Shown here: positions 9,414 through 20,218 of the stretch, piece after piece
How the letters are laid out: the number at the start of each line of letters is the position of its first letter
Position numbering within the stretch: the stretch's first letter is position 1
From: Bryobacterales bacterium
Lineage (GTDB): Bacteria > Acidobacteriota > Terriglobia > Bryobacterales > UBA6623
Direction of reading: 5' to 3'
NCBI GenBank assembly: GCA_963422375.2
Contig: OY729428.2
Location: 3,168,001 to 3,232,000, forward strand
Length of the DNA stretch: 64,000 bases
Made by a program: the position numbers and the translations under genes
Notes under the pieces: generated by a model
What the model was told of the DNA's origin: nothing
Seen by the model: only the letters and a program-made list of their open reading frames with translations
The model's database searches: none

Positions 9414-10754
9414 ATGAACGCTGCATTGCTGCGCTGCTCTGTGATTGCCGCCCTCGGGGGGCTGCTGTTCGGATTCGACACGGCGGTGATCTCGGGCACG
9501 ACGGAGCACCTCAAGCAAGTCTTCGGGCTGGAGGGTTTCGGCCTCGGTTTCACTGTCGCGAGCGCGTTGATCGGCACGATTCTCGGCGCTTTGTTGGCGG
9601 GGATTCCCGCCGATCGCATCGGCCGCCGCAGCACCCTGCTCTGGATAGCGTTCCTCTATTTCGTCTCCGCCGCGGGCAGCGCGCTGGCCTGGGACTGGTA
9701 TTCATTCCTGATCTTCCGCTGGCTGGGGGGCCTCGGCGTGGGCGCCTCGTCGGTGGTCGCGCCCATGTACATCGCCGAGATCTCCCCGCCGCAATACAGG
9801 GGGCGCCTTGTCGCGATCACGCAATTCAACATCGTCCTCGGCATCCTCGCAGCCTACCTATCCAACTTCGGCGTCGCTCGGATGCAGTACGGCCTCGCCG
9901 AGTGGCGGGTCATGTTCGGGGTGGAGGCGCTGCCGGCCGCCGTCTTCTTCGGGCTGATGTTCGCGACCCCGCGCAGCCCGCGCTGGCTCGTCGCCCAAGG
10001 CCGCAGCGCGGACGCGGCCGACGTGCTCGCGATGGTTGGGGCGGCGGACGTACCCAAGGAATTGCGCGATATCGAGGAGTCCCTAGCCGAGTCGGCGTCG
10101 GCCGCGGACGAGCCGCTATTGCAGAGGAAGTACCGCAAGCCGCTGCTGCTGGCCGTAGCGATCTCGACGTTCAACCAGCTCTCCGGCATCAACGCGCTGA
10201 TGTACTACGCGCCGCACATCTTCCGCATGGCCGGATCCGGAACGGACTCCTCCCTCGCGCAGGCCGTGATCGTGGGCTGCACGAACCTGGTCTTCACGAT
10301 GGCCGCCCTGCTCGTGATCGACCGGATCGGACGACGCAAGCTCATGGTGGCCGGCTCGATCGGCTACATTCTCAGTCTCGCGGCGACGGCCGCGGCCTTC
10401 TACGCGTACGGCACAGAATTCACGGACTTCGGCGGCGTACTCGTCCTGATGAGCCTGATGGTGTTCATCGCCTCGCACGCGTTCGGGCAGGGCGCTGTGA
10501 TCTGGGTCTACCTGAGCGAGATCTTCCCGAACCGGGTTCGCGCGAAGGGACAGGCGCTCGGCAGCTTCACGCACTGGGTCTTCGCCGCGCTGATCTCGTG
10601 GACGTTTCCGATGATCGCCGAGATCTCGGGCGGGCATACCTTCGCCTTCTACTCGAGCATGATGGTGCTGCAGCTGATCTGGGTCCTCAAGGTGATGCCG
10701 GAGACTAAGGGCGTGCCGCTGGAAGAGATGCATAAACGCCTAGGCGCGCGCTGA
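9414..10754 (+). CDS. Sugar porter family MFS transporter (XylE/AraE-like)
   Basis: GGLLFGFDTAVISG, DRIGRR, QLSGINALMYYAP and PETKG. Confidence 0.95.
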   Translation: MNAALLRCSVIAALGGLLFGFDTAVISGTTEHLKQVFGLEGFGLGFTVASALIGTILGALLAGIPADRIGRRSTLLWIAFLYFVSAAGSALAWDWYSFLIFRWLGGLGVGASSVVAPMYIAEISPPQYRGRLVAITQFNIVLGILAAYLSNFGVARMQYGLAEWRVMFGVEALPAAVFFGLMFATPRSPRWLVAQGRSADAADVLAMVGAADVPKELRDIEESLAESASAADEPLLQRKYRKPLLLAVAISTFNQLSGINALMYYAPHIFRMAGSGTDSSLAQAVIVGCTNLVFTMAALLVIDRIGRRKLMVAGSIGYILSLAATAAAFYAYGTEFTDFGGVLVLMSLMVFIASHAFGQGAVIWVYLSEIFPNRVRAKGQALGSFTHWVFAALISWTFPMIAEISGGHTFAFYSSMMVLQLIWVLKVMPETKGVPLEEMHKRLGAR

Positions 10755-10820
10755 CGCACGACAGGACCCGGGACGACGGCCCGAAGAGCCGGGGCCCGCT
10801 TAGACGGCTCCCGGCGAGCG

Positions 10821-13211
10821 CTACGCTTCGCCGACCCCGGCGAACGACTCCGCAGTCAGCTCGAGCGATCGGCCGGACGGCAGCTCCGCCGAAATCTCCC
10901 TCCCGTCGTAGCGCACGGTAAAGGGCTTGCCGAGGCTTGACTCGATCCGGGCCGACACCAGTCTCATTTCCCGCCATTCGAGCGACACATCGAATCCCCC
11001 TCGGGCCCGGAGTCCCTCCACGCGACCGCTCGGCAGGGCGCTAGGCAACGCCGGGAACAGGTGCAGGAAGCCGGCCTTCCCCGCTTGGACGTCGCTGTCC
11101 CCGAGGGGAGATCCGTAGGGATCGTGGCTTTGCAGGAGCATCTCGACGATTCCTGCGGTGGCACCGAAGTTGCCGTCGATCTGGAACGGTGGATGGGCGT
11201 CGAACAGGTTCGGATACAGCCCGCCCCTGCGGTCGTCCAGTGCCCGGGACGAGGAGCCCGGAACCGGGGCGATCAGTCCGGCCAGGATCCTGAAGGCACG
11301 GTCGCCGTCGAGAAAACGCGCCCAGAAGTTGACCTTCCAGCCCATCGACCAGCCTGTCGCGCCGTCGCCTCGGAACTCGAGGGACTTGCGCGCCGCCCCA
11401 AAGAGGTCGGGCGTGCCGTAGGGCGTGATCTCGACACCCGGGTGCAGTCCGAATAGGTGCGAGACGTGGCGGTGCTTGTTCTCCGGGTCGTCGACGTCGT
11501 CCATCCACTCCTGCAGCTGGCCGAGCCGTCCGATACGGTTCGGAGCGATGCGCAAGCGGGCGCGGCGAAGCTCCTCGCGGAACTCGGAGTCTTGTCCCAG
11601 AGCCTCCGCGGCAGCGATGGTGTTGCCCATCAGGTTCCGGACGATCTGATGATCCATCGTCGGCGCCATGACGAGGCCGCCGACCTCCGGCGAGTTGCTC
11701 GGGCCCGAGATCAGCCACTGGCCATCGGGCGACTCGACGAGCGCGTCAAGGAAGAATTCCGACGCCCCGCGCATCAGCGGGTAGGCGGTGTTCCGCAGGA
11801 AGCCCGTGTCGCCGCCGAACAGGTAGTGCTGCCAGAGATCTTGGCAAAGCCAAGCCCCGCCAGTCGGCCAGATTCCGTGGTTGGAGTGATTGATCGGAGC
11901 CGTGCCGCGCCACAGGTCGAAATTGTGGTGCAGCACCCAGCCACGCGCCCGGTAGTGCTCGCGGGCCGTCTCGGCACCCGACACCGCCAGATCCCGGAGG
12001 GCCGCGAAGAGCGGCTCGTGCGTTTCGGGCAGGGCCGTCGTCTCCGACGGCCAGTAGTTCATTTCCGTGTTGATGTTGACGGTGTACTTGCTGTCCCACG
12101 GCGGGTCGTCTCGGTCGTTCCACAGACCCTGCAGGTTGGCCGGCTGGCACAGGCCCCGGCTCGACGCGATCAGCAGGTAACGCCCGTACTGGAAGAGCAG
12201 CGTGACCAAGTGGGGGTCCGGCTTGGTCGCGAATCTCTCGATGCGGACGTCCGTGGGCTCGACGGCTGCCTCGGTGACCCCGAGATCCAAGCCCACCCTG
12301 CGGAAGACCTGCCGGTGGCTTGCCGATGCCTCCTCGCGGAGCGCTTCGTACGCCATGCCCGCGACGGCCGCTAACGTATCGGCGTTGCGCCCGGCGGGAT
12401 CGCCCGAGACGTCCCGGAAGTTCACGAAGTTCGTGGCGCCAGCCAGCAGCAGGGTCGCTTCGGTGGCGCCCTCGACGCGTACCCGGTCACCGTCAATCGA
12501 CACGGAGCCGTCGGACGCGACCGCCAGGCGCGCGTCGAACCGAATCGCTCCGCCATCGACGCGCCCGGCGACCCGCAGGACGCCGTCCTGCCCGGCGGCC
12601 GCGTCGACCGGATGGGATGTGCGAATGCTCGCCTCGAACTCCAGCGGCCCCCCGGCGGCTGCCAAGTGAACCGCGAGCACCTGCCGCGGGAAGCTGGCGA
12701 GCACCTCCTCGGCGTGCCGGACGCCACCGGCGTCGAACTCGACCCGAGCGACCGCGCTGTCGATGTCGAGGGACCGGCGGTACTGCTCGACTTCGCCCTC
12801 GATGCCGCGCCGCTCGATCGTCAGGTTGCCGAACGACTGGTACGCCATCTGACGCAGCGGAACGCTCATGAACCGCTCCATCGCCAGATCCTCGGCCTCC
12901 TTCTGCTTGCCCTCCAAGAGCAAGGAACGAATGCGATCGAGCCAGCGGTGAGACCCGACGTTGGCGTAGCTGCGCGGTGCGCCGCGCCACACCGTGTCCT
13001 CGTTGAATTGGATGCGCTCGGTGGCGGTCCCGCCGAAGACCATCGCGCCGAGACGGCCGTTGCCGACCGGCAGGGCCTCGACCCACCGTGACGCAGGATG
13101 CGGATACCAAAGCTCCAAAGCCGGAGAAGACGTTGGGGACGAGCAGCCGCCCGCGACGGCGCAGGCCGCGACGGAGGAAAGAAACTCGCGTCGGTCGAGG
13201 CGTCGCGGCAT
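10821..13211 (-). CDS. GH95 alpha-L-fucosidase with Tat/lipoprotein signal
   Basis: [38 protein letters not shown] and [10 protein letters not shown]-terminus DRREFL...AGGC. Confidence 0.95.
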   Translation of the reverse strand: MPRRLDRREFLSSVAACAVAGGCSSPTSSPALELWYPHPASRWVEALPVGNGRLGAMVFGGTATERIQFNEDTVWRGAPRSYANVGSHRWLDRIRSLLLEGKQKEAEDLAMERFMSVPLRQMAYQSFGNLTIERRGIEGEVEQYRRSLDIDSAVARVEFDAGGVRHAEEVLASFPRQVLAVHLAAAGGPLEFEASIRTSHPVDAAAGQDGVLRVAGRVDGGAIRFDARLAVASDGSVSIDGDRVRVEGATEATLLLAGATNFVNFRDVSGDPAGRNADTLAAVAGMAYEALREEASASHRQVFRRVGLDLGVTEAAVEPTDVRIERFATKPDPHLVTLLFQYGRYLLIASSRGLCQPANLQGLWNDRDDPPWDSKYTVNINTEMNYWPSETTALPETHEPLFAALRDLAVSGAETAREHYRARGWVLHHNFDLWRGTAPINHSNHGIWPTGGAWLCQDLWQHYLFGGDTGFLRNTAYPLMRGASEFFLDALVESPDGQWLISGPSNSPEVGGLVMAPTMDHQIVRNLMGNTIAAAEALGQDSEFREELRRARLRIAPNRIGRLGQLQEWMDDVDDPENKHRHVSHLFGLHPGVEITPYGTPDLFGAARKSLEFRGDGATGWSMGWKVNFWARFLDGDRAFRILAGLIAPVPGSSSRALDDRRGGLYPNLFDAHPPFQIDGNFGATAGIVEMLLQSHDPYGSPLGDSDVQAGKAGFLHLFPALPSALPSGRVEGLRARGGFDVSLEWREMRLVSARIESSLGKPFTVRYDGREISAELPSGRSLELTAESFAGVGEA

Positions 13212-13307
13212 CCCCGTAGTGTAATTGCGAGCGCGCCTGGGTCGGCCGAAGGCGCGGCGGCCCGCCGCCTATACTCGAGTGCTGCAGAGGCCGGGTTTCA
13301 AGCGCGA

Positions 13308-14918
13308 ATGACAGGACGATTCCTTGGCTCACTTCTCGGGGCGGCGGTGCTCCCTGCCGCGGCAGGGGGGCAGGGACTCCCGCCGGGTCACCTCGATCCC
13401 ATACCGGTACTCGACGCGGCGGCGGCGGCCATGGGCGTCGACCGCCTGCGTTGCATCACCTTCGCGGGCTCCGGATACGCGGGCATGGTCGGGCAGAACC
13501 TCACGCAGGACACCGACTGGCCCCGCGGAGAGCCGCTCGAGGAATATTCGCGCACGATCGACTTCGAGCGGGGCTCTTCGGTCGAGCGATTCTCACGCGA
13601 GCCGGGCATGAACCCGGCCTCTTGGAAATACGGCCCGGGATGGCTGGGCGGGACGCCCCTGCAGCGCCACCGCCGACAAGCTTTCGCCGTGCGCGGCAGC
13701 CACGCTTGGCATTCCGACGGGCCCGGCCCCCCCGTGCCAGCTCCGCGCAGCACGGAGCTATGGCAGCTCGACATTTGGATGACGCCGCACGGTTTCGTGA
13801 GGGCGGCTCGCATGCCGGGCGCGGACGCCAAGGCGATCTGGCGATGGGAACTCGGTGAGAGCGGCCGCGACGGCGCTACAACCGGGGACATCGCCAAGGT
13901 GGCTGTCGTCTCCGCAACCGTATTGGGCAAGTACCGGGTCAATGCGACCGTGCGGGCCGGCAACATCGTCCAGCGCACTCAGACCCGCGTGCCGCACCCC
14001 GTCCTCGGGGACATGAACTATGAGCACGAGTTCACGGACTGGAACGATCTGGGCGGCGGCATCCGCTTTCCGACCGGATGGCACCATCACGACGGGTGGG
14101 ACGACGAGCGGCAGGTGCCAGTGCTGACCGGAGGTCACAACAGCTTCGGCGGATCGTTTCCCGAGATGAGCGCCAACGACTGCGAGCCGCTCGAGGTGCC
14201 AGCGGAGATCGCCCGCGCCACCCCGAACCCCCCGACAGTCCAGCCATCGATGTTGGCGGACGGAGTCTGGCTGCTGGGAGGGGGAACACACAACAGCGTG
14301 GCGATCGAGTTCTCGGACTTCGTAGCCGTCGTCGAGGCTCCGCTTGACGAGAGACGCTCCCTGGCGGTGATCGACAAGACCGTCGAGCTCGTTCCGGGCA
14401 AGCCGATCCGCTTCCTCGTGAACACCCACGACCATTACGACCATCTGGGAGGGCTGCGAACGTACCTGCACGTGGGAGCCACGATCCTCACGCACCAACG
14501 CAACCGGATGTTCTACGAAAGCGAGCTCCTGAACTACGTGCCTAGGACGCTCGAGCCGGACATGGTTTCGCTGTACCCGCCCACCGAAATCTCCGAGGGT
14601 TATACGATGGAGGACATCGACGAGAAGTACATCCTAGGCGATGGTCAGAGGTATCTCGAGATCTACTACGTGCAGGGCCTAGGCGTCCATGTCGAGGGCT
14701 TGCTCATGGCCTACCTGCCTCGCGAGGGGATCGTCATCGAGGCGGATCTCTACGATCCCGGCCTCCTTCCGAGAGACCGATCCCGACCGACCGAGACGGA
14801 GCGTGTGCTATTGCGGAACGTGCGGCAGAACCGGCTCGAACCCAAGCTGGTCGCGCCGATCCACGGCGAGGCAGTGACTTGGGACCACTTCCTGCAGGAG
14901 ACGGGCCAAGGCCCGTAG
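13308..14918 (+). CDS. Secreted MBL-fold metallo-hydrolase
   Basis: THDHYDH metal motif, EADLY and PIHG; signal peptide following ATG 13308. Confidence 0.85.
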   Translation: MTGRFLGSLLGAAVLPAAAGGQGLPPGHLDPIPVLDAAAAAMGVDRLRCITFAGSGYAGMVGQNLTQDTDWPRGEPLEEYSRTIDFERGSSVERFSREPGMNPASWKYGPGWLGGTPLQRHRRQAFAVRGSHAWHSDGPGPPVPAPRSTELWQLDIWMTPHGFVRAARMPGADAKAIWRWELGESGRDGATTGDIAKVAVVSATVLGKYRVNATVRAGNIVQRTQTRVPHPVLGDMNYEHEFTDWNDLGGGIRFPTGWHHHDGWDDERQVPVLTGGHNSFGGSFPEMSANDCEPLEVPAEIARATPNPPTVQPSMLADGVWLLGGGTHNSVAIEFSDFVAVVEAPLDERRSLAVIDKTVELVPGKPIRFLVNTHDHYDHLGGLRTYLHVGATILTHQRNRMFYESELLNYVPRTLEPDMVSLYPPTEISEGYTMEDIDEKYILGDGQRYLEIYYVQGLGVHVEGLLMAYLPREGIVIEADLYDPGLLPRDRSRPTETERVLLRNVRQNRLEPKLVAPIHGEAVTWDHFLQETGQGP

Positions 14919-15577
14919 TAAACGCCTCAATGGCAATTTCACAGAGGAGGAGCCCGATCTTCCGCGTGCGCGGTGGTTACCACAGTCCAAGAGGGTCCGG
15001 CCGTGCTGGCCGAGCACTCACTGGGCGAATGTCCGCAAGTCCCTCAATCCAGCGCAACAGCCTCGCGCATGACAGACCGCCTTGCATCAGCACTACCCTG
15101 ACAATCATTCTTCACACCTACATCAGCATCACAAGCGTCTGAGCAGGTATCCTGAGGTCACGCCGCCGCTTCTATTGCGCGGTCTTCCGATCTGCTCTCG
15201 GCGAGCGATGCATAGGACGGCAGAGTTAAGGCCCTACTAGGACGGATCGCCATTGGCCATTACTAGAGATGAGACGATATAGGGAGAAATCCTTCGATTC
15301 AGTGAGACCTCCGTGCAAGAGGTCCTTCAACCAAGACCCAGCTGCAGATCTTTGCAGCTGAGGTAGAAGCCCCTATAGCTAATCCAACCGACATCAAAGG
15401 ATGGCTCTTGGATCTGACCGGGTATCGACCTCGGCGGGACTCCGTGGGGACGATGTATGCATCCCAGCGCATGGCGGCCTTGAACGCACCGAGCACCTCA
15501 CCGGTCGCCGATGCACGCCGCTTTTCCGCCACCGCACCTGTGCCGTCGGTGACGGCAGCACGCTCCCGGTGTCGGAC

Positions 15578-17032
15578 TCAGGCGATTAGCTCGGGGATCA
15601 CCTGCCCGCCGACCTGCGAGAGCTGCTTGTAGCGGCCCCCGTGGAAGTAGGTGAGGCGGTTGTCGTCCAAGCCCATCAGGCGCAGCCACGTCACGTGCAG
15701 GTCGCGCAGCGGGTGGACCACTTCCACGGCGCGGTTGCCCACTTCGTCGGTCGCCCCGACGACCGTGCCCGCCGGCGTCCCGCCGCCGGCCATTACCACC
15801 GCCATCGCGTCCGCGTTGTGGCCGCGGCCGTTCGCGTCCACTCCGCCGCGGCGGTTGTTGTCAGGCGTCCTGCCGAACTCGCCGGAGCAGACTACCAGCG
15901 TCTCGTCTAGCATGCCGCGCTGGCGCAGGTCGCGGATCAGCGCCGCCAAGGGCTTGTCGACGCTCAGGATGCGGGCCGAGTGGTTGCGTTCCAAGAAGTC
16001 GTGGCTGTCCCATCCGCCGGAGAAGATCTGCACGAATCGGACGCCCTGCTCGACCAGCCGACGCGCCAGCAAGCACTGCCGCCCGAACGCCCGGGTCGGC
16101 TCGTCATTCAAGCCGTAGTCGTCCTTGGCTGCCTCGGACTCCCGGCTCAGGTCGACGATCTCCGGCACCTCGGACTGCATGCGGAAGGCCAGCTCGTAGC
16201 TTTCCATGCGAGCGGCGAGCTCGGAGTGCGACGGATGGAGCTCCGCGTGCCTGCGGTTCATCTCGGCCAGCAGGTCCAAGCTGCGGCGCTGCTGCTCGCG
16301 CGTCTTCCATTCCGGAGGCTCGAGATCGAGCAGTGGCGAACCGCTCGGCCGCAGGAGCGTGCCTTGGTAGTGTGCCGGCAGGAATCCGTTCGACCAGTTG
16401 CCCGCCCCGCCTTGGGGAAAGGCCAGCTCGGTCATGACGACATAGCCGGGCAGGTTCTGGTTCAGGCTGCCGAGTCCGTAGGTCACCCAAGCTCCGACGC
16501 CGGGGTCGGCCCCAAGCGTGCTGCCGGTGTTGAGGTGGAAGAGCGCGTCGGGATGGTTGACCGACTGGGCCTGGCACCCGCGGTAGACACAGATCTCGTC
16601 CGCCACGGCCGGGTCGGCCATATGCACGAAACGATCGCAAATCTCGATCCCCGACTTGCCGACCCTGCGAAACCCGAACGGGCTTCCGACGTAGTAGGTC
16701 TTCGCCGTGACCTCGACCAGGACCTGATTCGGATCGCGCGTGGATTCCGTCAGGTGCAGTTCGGACAGCTTGGGCTTCGGGTCGAATGTGTCCATGTGCC
16801 CGGGGCCTCCCTCGAGCACGACGAAGATGCAGGCCTTCGCCTTGGCCGGCAGCATCGTCGGCTTCGGGGACAGCGGGCCGGTCGCGGCCGCGGCATCGTC
16901 TGCCAGGAGGCTAGTGAAGGCCAGCGACCCGGCGCTGGCGCCGAGCCCGAACAGCAGCTCGCGCCGCCCCATCTTGATCGCCTCCCGTCGCGCGGGGGAG
17001 CCCCGCATGGGAATTCTTGGATCAGTAGACAT
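15578..17032 (-). CDS. DUF1501 family protein (Tat signal)
   Basis: RRELL, GGPGHMDTFDPKP, GAWVTYGLGS, CLLARRLVEQGVRFVQ, WDSH and EFGRTP; ATG overlaps the upstream gene. Confidence 0.93.
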   Translation of the reverse strand: MSTDPRIPMRGSPARREAIKMGRRELLFGLGASAGSLAFTSLLADDAAAATGPLSPKPTMLPAKAKACIFVVLEGGPGHMDTFDPKPKLSELHLTESTRDPNQVLVEVTAKTYYVGSPFGFRRVGKSGIEICDRFVHMADPAVADEICVYRGCQAQSVNHPDALFHLNTGSTLGADPGVGAWVTYGLGSLNQNLPGYVVMTELAFPQGGAGNWSNGFLPAHYQGTLLRPSGSPLLDLEPPEWKTREQQRRSLDLLAEMNRRHAELHPSHSELAARMESYELAFRMQSEVPEIVDLSRESEAAKDDYGLNDEPTRAFGRQCLLARRLVEQGVRFVQIFSGGWDSHDFLERNHSARILSVDKPLAALIRDLRQRGMLDETLVVCSGEFGRTPDNNRRGGVDANGRGHNADAMAVVMAGGGTPAGTVVGATDEVGNRAVEVVHPLRDLHVTWLRLMGLDDNRLTYFHGGRYKQLSQVGGQVIPELIA

Positions 17033-19811
17033 AGGCGAACTCGTTGGCGTTGAAGAGCAGGAGGCAAAGGTCGGCCAGCGCCCTGTTCGCAGGACCGACA
17101 TCCCACGGCTTGACGTCCTGGACGAAGTCCTCGTAGGCGAGCAGCCATTCCTCGTACTGGAACGGCTCGCCCGTGAATTCCTCGACGAGCGAGCGCGTGA
17201 TGCGGGTCGGGTAGGTCGCGCGACGGGGTGACCGCGACCGGTGCCGGGAGACCATCTCGGCGAGATAGGCAGCCAGTTGCCGGGCCATCTCCGGGTCCGG
17301 CGGGCGCGAGAAGGCCAGCTCGTAGGCACGCTCGATGCGCGCCGGCACGTCGCCGGCCTCGCGCTCGAGACGCAGCGCGAACGCGACCGAGCGATCGGTC
17401 AAGTACGCGGAATTCATCATCGTCAGGGCCTGCGGGCTCACCGCCGAGGCGTCCCGCCGCTCGCAAGAGTCGTTCGGGCTGGGCTGGTTGAAGACCTGCA
17501 TCAGCGGGTCCGCCAGCCCCCTGACGCGATAGGCGTAGATCGACCGCCTGTGGCGCTCGGCGGGCGTGCGCGACGGCTGGTAAGCCGGAGCGAGCGAGAA
17601 CTGGATCATGCGGGGCTGCAGGGCCGCGTCTAGATTGATCTCGGGCATGGCGGGCACGCCCCCCGTCTCGGCGTTGAGCTCGCCGCTCGCCAGCAGGATC
17701 GAGTCCCGCAGCTCCTCCGCCGCGAGACGGCGCGGCTCGAAGTGGGCCAAGAGGCGGTTCTCCGGATCCCGCTCCCGCACCGCGTCCATGTCGAGTCGCT
17801 CGGCGTCCTGCCGGTAGAGGTCGCTCGACATGATCTGGCGATGTAGGCGCTTGATCGACCAGCCGTGCTCCACGAAGTCGGCTGCCAGCCAGTCGAGCAG
17901 CTCGGGATGGGTCGGCTTCGCTCCCAGCGCCCCGAGGTTGTTGGGCGTCGCGACGATGCCCCGCCCGAAGTGATACGCCCAGACCCGATTGACGATCGAC
18001 CTGGCCGCGAGGGGGTTGCGCGGGGCCGCGATCCACTCGGCCAGCGCGAGCCTGCGGCCCGACAGCCCGTCGGGCAGGGCGAACGGGCGATCCGCGCCTC
18101 CGTGCGCCGTGCGCAGCTGCGGCGCGCTGAGCACGCCCGGGGCAACAGCCTCGCCCGGCGCATGCACCGAGCCTCCCTGCAGCACGGCGGACTCGGGACG
18201 CCAGCTCATGTCCAGCTTTCCCGGAACCCTGAGCTTCCTTCCGTTGCCCGGGATGTAGTCGGGGCCATTGAAGACGGACTGGGCCAGCGGCTCGTAGCGC
18301 TCCAGCCGACGCGTCCAGATCCACTCGTCCTGCGCGCGAACCTTGCGGCGCCCTTCCTCGGCAGAGGTGAGACCGTAGTGCCGGGGCGGCTTGGCCTCGT
18401 CCGGTAGCTCGTTCCTCTTGGAGGCCGGCACGTATTCCAGCCCGCGCCCCTCGAACCACCGCCGGGCAGCCTCCTCCAGCTTGGAATCCAGCGCCTGCTT
18501 GCGTTCCGACGCGAAGTCAAGCAGCTTCCTGACGTGCTCCCGCCCGCTTTCGAAGCGGGCGAGGTTCTCGTCCTCGAGGAATCCGGCGGGGCGCTCGGCC
18601 ATTTGCGTCGCCGCGAAGGCCGCGTAGACGCGGTAGTAATCGCGGGTCGGGACCGGGTCGGCCTTGTGGTCGTGGCACTTGGCGCAGCGCAGGGGCATCG
18701 ACAGGAACGCCTGCCCGACGCTATGCACGACGTCGTCGAGGTACGCCTGGCGGGCCAACTTCTTGGGCACCATGGCGGAGCCCCACGGCCCCATGCGGAG
18801 GAAGCCTGCAGCGACGAGCATCTCTGGATCGTCCGGACCCATCTCGTCCCCCGCCAGCTGCTCCTTAACGAATAGGTCGTAGGGCTTGTCGGCGTTGAAG
18901 GAGCGGATCACGTAGTCGCGGTAGCGCCAAGCATTGGAGCGCTCGTAGTCGTTCGAGTTCCCCGCCGTGTCGGCGTAGCGCACCACGTCAAGCCAGTGCC
19001 GCCCCCACTGCTCGCCGTAGCGGGGACTGGCGAGGAGGCGGCCGATCAGCCGATCCCACGCCCCGGGCCGGTCGTCGGAGAGGAATTCGCGGGCCTGCTC
19101 CGGCGTCGGAGACAGGCCGGTCAGGTCGAAGTAGGCCCGCCTGAGCAGCACCGCCTTGGCGGCGGGCGCAGCCGGAGCGATTCCGGCCCTCGCCAGCTTC
19201 GACCGGTGGAAGGAGTCGATCGGGCTCGTGGCTCTCCCGCTAGGCACAGCGGGCCTGTTCACCGGTCGGTACGCCCACACGTCTTCGGGCTTGTACTGGC
19301 GCTGCGTCCACTGGTCGGTCTGCCCACCGCTGGTCGCAACGCGCACTCCGTCTTCGGGTCCGCCAGATTTCAGCGCGTCGGCCCTGATCGAGGCCATGCG
19401 GGCCTCGTCGGGCCAAGGGGCTCCGAATTCGATCCAGTCGCGGATCATCGCGATCTGCTCCGGCGCGAGCCTGTCGTTCTCCTTGGGCGGCATCGGAGCC
19501 GAGGGCGGCTCTCCCGAAACGGCCAGCAGCGCGAGGCTTTCGTCCGGGCTGCCGGGAACCACTGCGGACCGGCCCGACTGACCGCCTCGCAGCAGGGATT
19601 CCCGGCTCGTCAAATCCAGCCCGCCCAAGACGACCTCGGCGGAGCCGCCGTGGCAGGCGAAGCACTTCGCTTGCAGAAGCGGCTCGATCTCCAAGGCGAA
19701 CAGAGTGCTTCCCCTGCTCTCGGGAGCGGGTGCGGCTTGCGCCGCGGCAGAGACCGCGAGCACGAGGCAGGCCGTAAGAATCCGGCAATATCCACGGCTC
19801 TTGAAGGCCAT
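17022..19811 (-). CDS. Planctomycete cytochrome c (PSCyt1) + DUF1549 + DUF1553 protein
   Basis: CFACH and CAKCH heme motifs, YGEQWGRHWLDVVRYAD and PTHPELLDWLA; signal peptide; GAGGAGG upstream of ATG 19811. Confidence 0.93.
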   Translation of the reverse strand: MAFKSRGYCRILTACLVLAVSAAAQAAPAPESRGSTLFALEIEPLLQAKCFACHGGSAEVVLGGLDLTSRESLLRGGQSGRSAVVPGSPDESLALLAVSGEPPSAPMPPKENDRLAPEQIAMIRDWIEFGAPWPDEARMASIRADALKSGGPEDGVRVATSGGQTDQWTQRQYKPEDVWAYRPVNRPAVPSGRATSPIDSFHRSKLARAGIAPAAPAAKAVLLRRAYFDLTGLSPTPEQAREFLSDDRPGAWDRLIGRLLASPRYGEQWGRHWLDVVRYADTAGNSNDYERSNAWRYRDYVIRSFNADKPYDLFVKEQLAGDEMGPDDPEMLVAAGFLRMGPWGSAMVPKKLARQAYLDDVVHSVGQAFLSMPLRCAKCHDHKADPVPTRDYYRVYAAFAATQMAERPAGFLEDENLARFESGREHVRKLLDFASERKQALDSKLEEAARRWFEGRGLEYVPASKRNELPDEAKPPRHYGLTSAEEGRRKVRAQDEWIWTRRLERYEPLAQSVFNGPDYIPGNGRKLRVPGKLDMSWRPESAVLQGGSVHAPGEAVAPGVLSAPQLRTAHGGADRPFALPDGLSGRRLALAEWIAAPRNPLAARSIVNRVWAYHFGRGIVATPNNLGALGAKPTHPELLDWLAADFVEHGWSIKRLHRQIMSSDLYRQDAERLDMDAVRERDPENRLLAHFEPRRLAAEELRDSILLASGELNAETGGVPAMPEINLDAALQPRMIQFSLAPAYQPSRTPAERHRRSIYAYRVRGLADPLMQVFNQPSPNDSCERRDASAVSPQALTMMNSAYLTDRSVAFALRLEREAGDVPARIERAYELAFSRPPDPEMARQLAAYLAEMVSRHRSRSPRRATYPTRITRSLVEEFTGEPFQYEEWLLAYEDFVQDVKPWDVGPANRALADLCLLLFNANEFAYVY

Positions 19812-19972
19812 CTTCTTGTTCTTCCTCCTCGAGAGTGCCGAGCCGAGAGGCCTTTCCTGCGGGCGGGAGCTCACGCCCGCGACCTAGCGGGCCGACTAGC
19901 GTCGCATTTCGAACCGCGCTATGGTAGTATACACGTGGAAAGATTCGACGCCTCTCGTCGCAGGCGTCCCGT

Positions 19973-20049
19973 GCGCCCGTAGCTCAGCTGGATAGAGCGC
20001 TTGCCTCCGGAGCAAGAGGCCGCAGGTTCGAATCCTGCCGGGCGTACCA
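19973..20049 (+). tRNA. tRNA-Arg(CCG)
   Basis: Cloverleaf with acceptor GCGCCCG/CGGGCGT, anticodon arm CTTGC-CTCCGGA-GCAAG, GGTTCGAATCC and encoded CCA. Confidence 0.97.
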
Positions 20050-20052
20050 CTT

Positions 20053-20075
20053 GAATCGAGCCGCCAGCTCGATTC
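20053..20075. terminator. Hairpin just downstream of tRNA-Arg(CCG)
   Basis: Perfect 9-bp stem GAATCGAGC-CGCCA-GCTCGATTC; no strong U-tract. Confidence 0.45.
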
Positions 20076-20218
20076 TCGATAGCCTCCGCGACGCGTAGCC
20101 GCCGGGCGAAGCTACCTAGGAGATACGGTCCCGCGTCCGCAGGCCCGCCCTAGGCGACTCCGGCATCCGCGGAGACGGGATCGCGCCTTGCCGCGCCCCA
20201 GCGTCGATCCCTGGCGGG

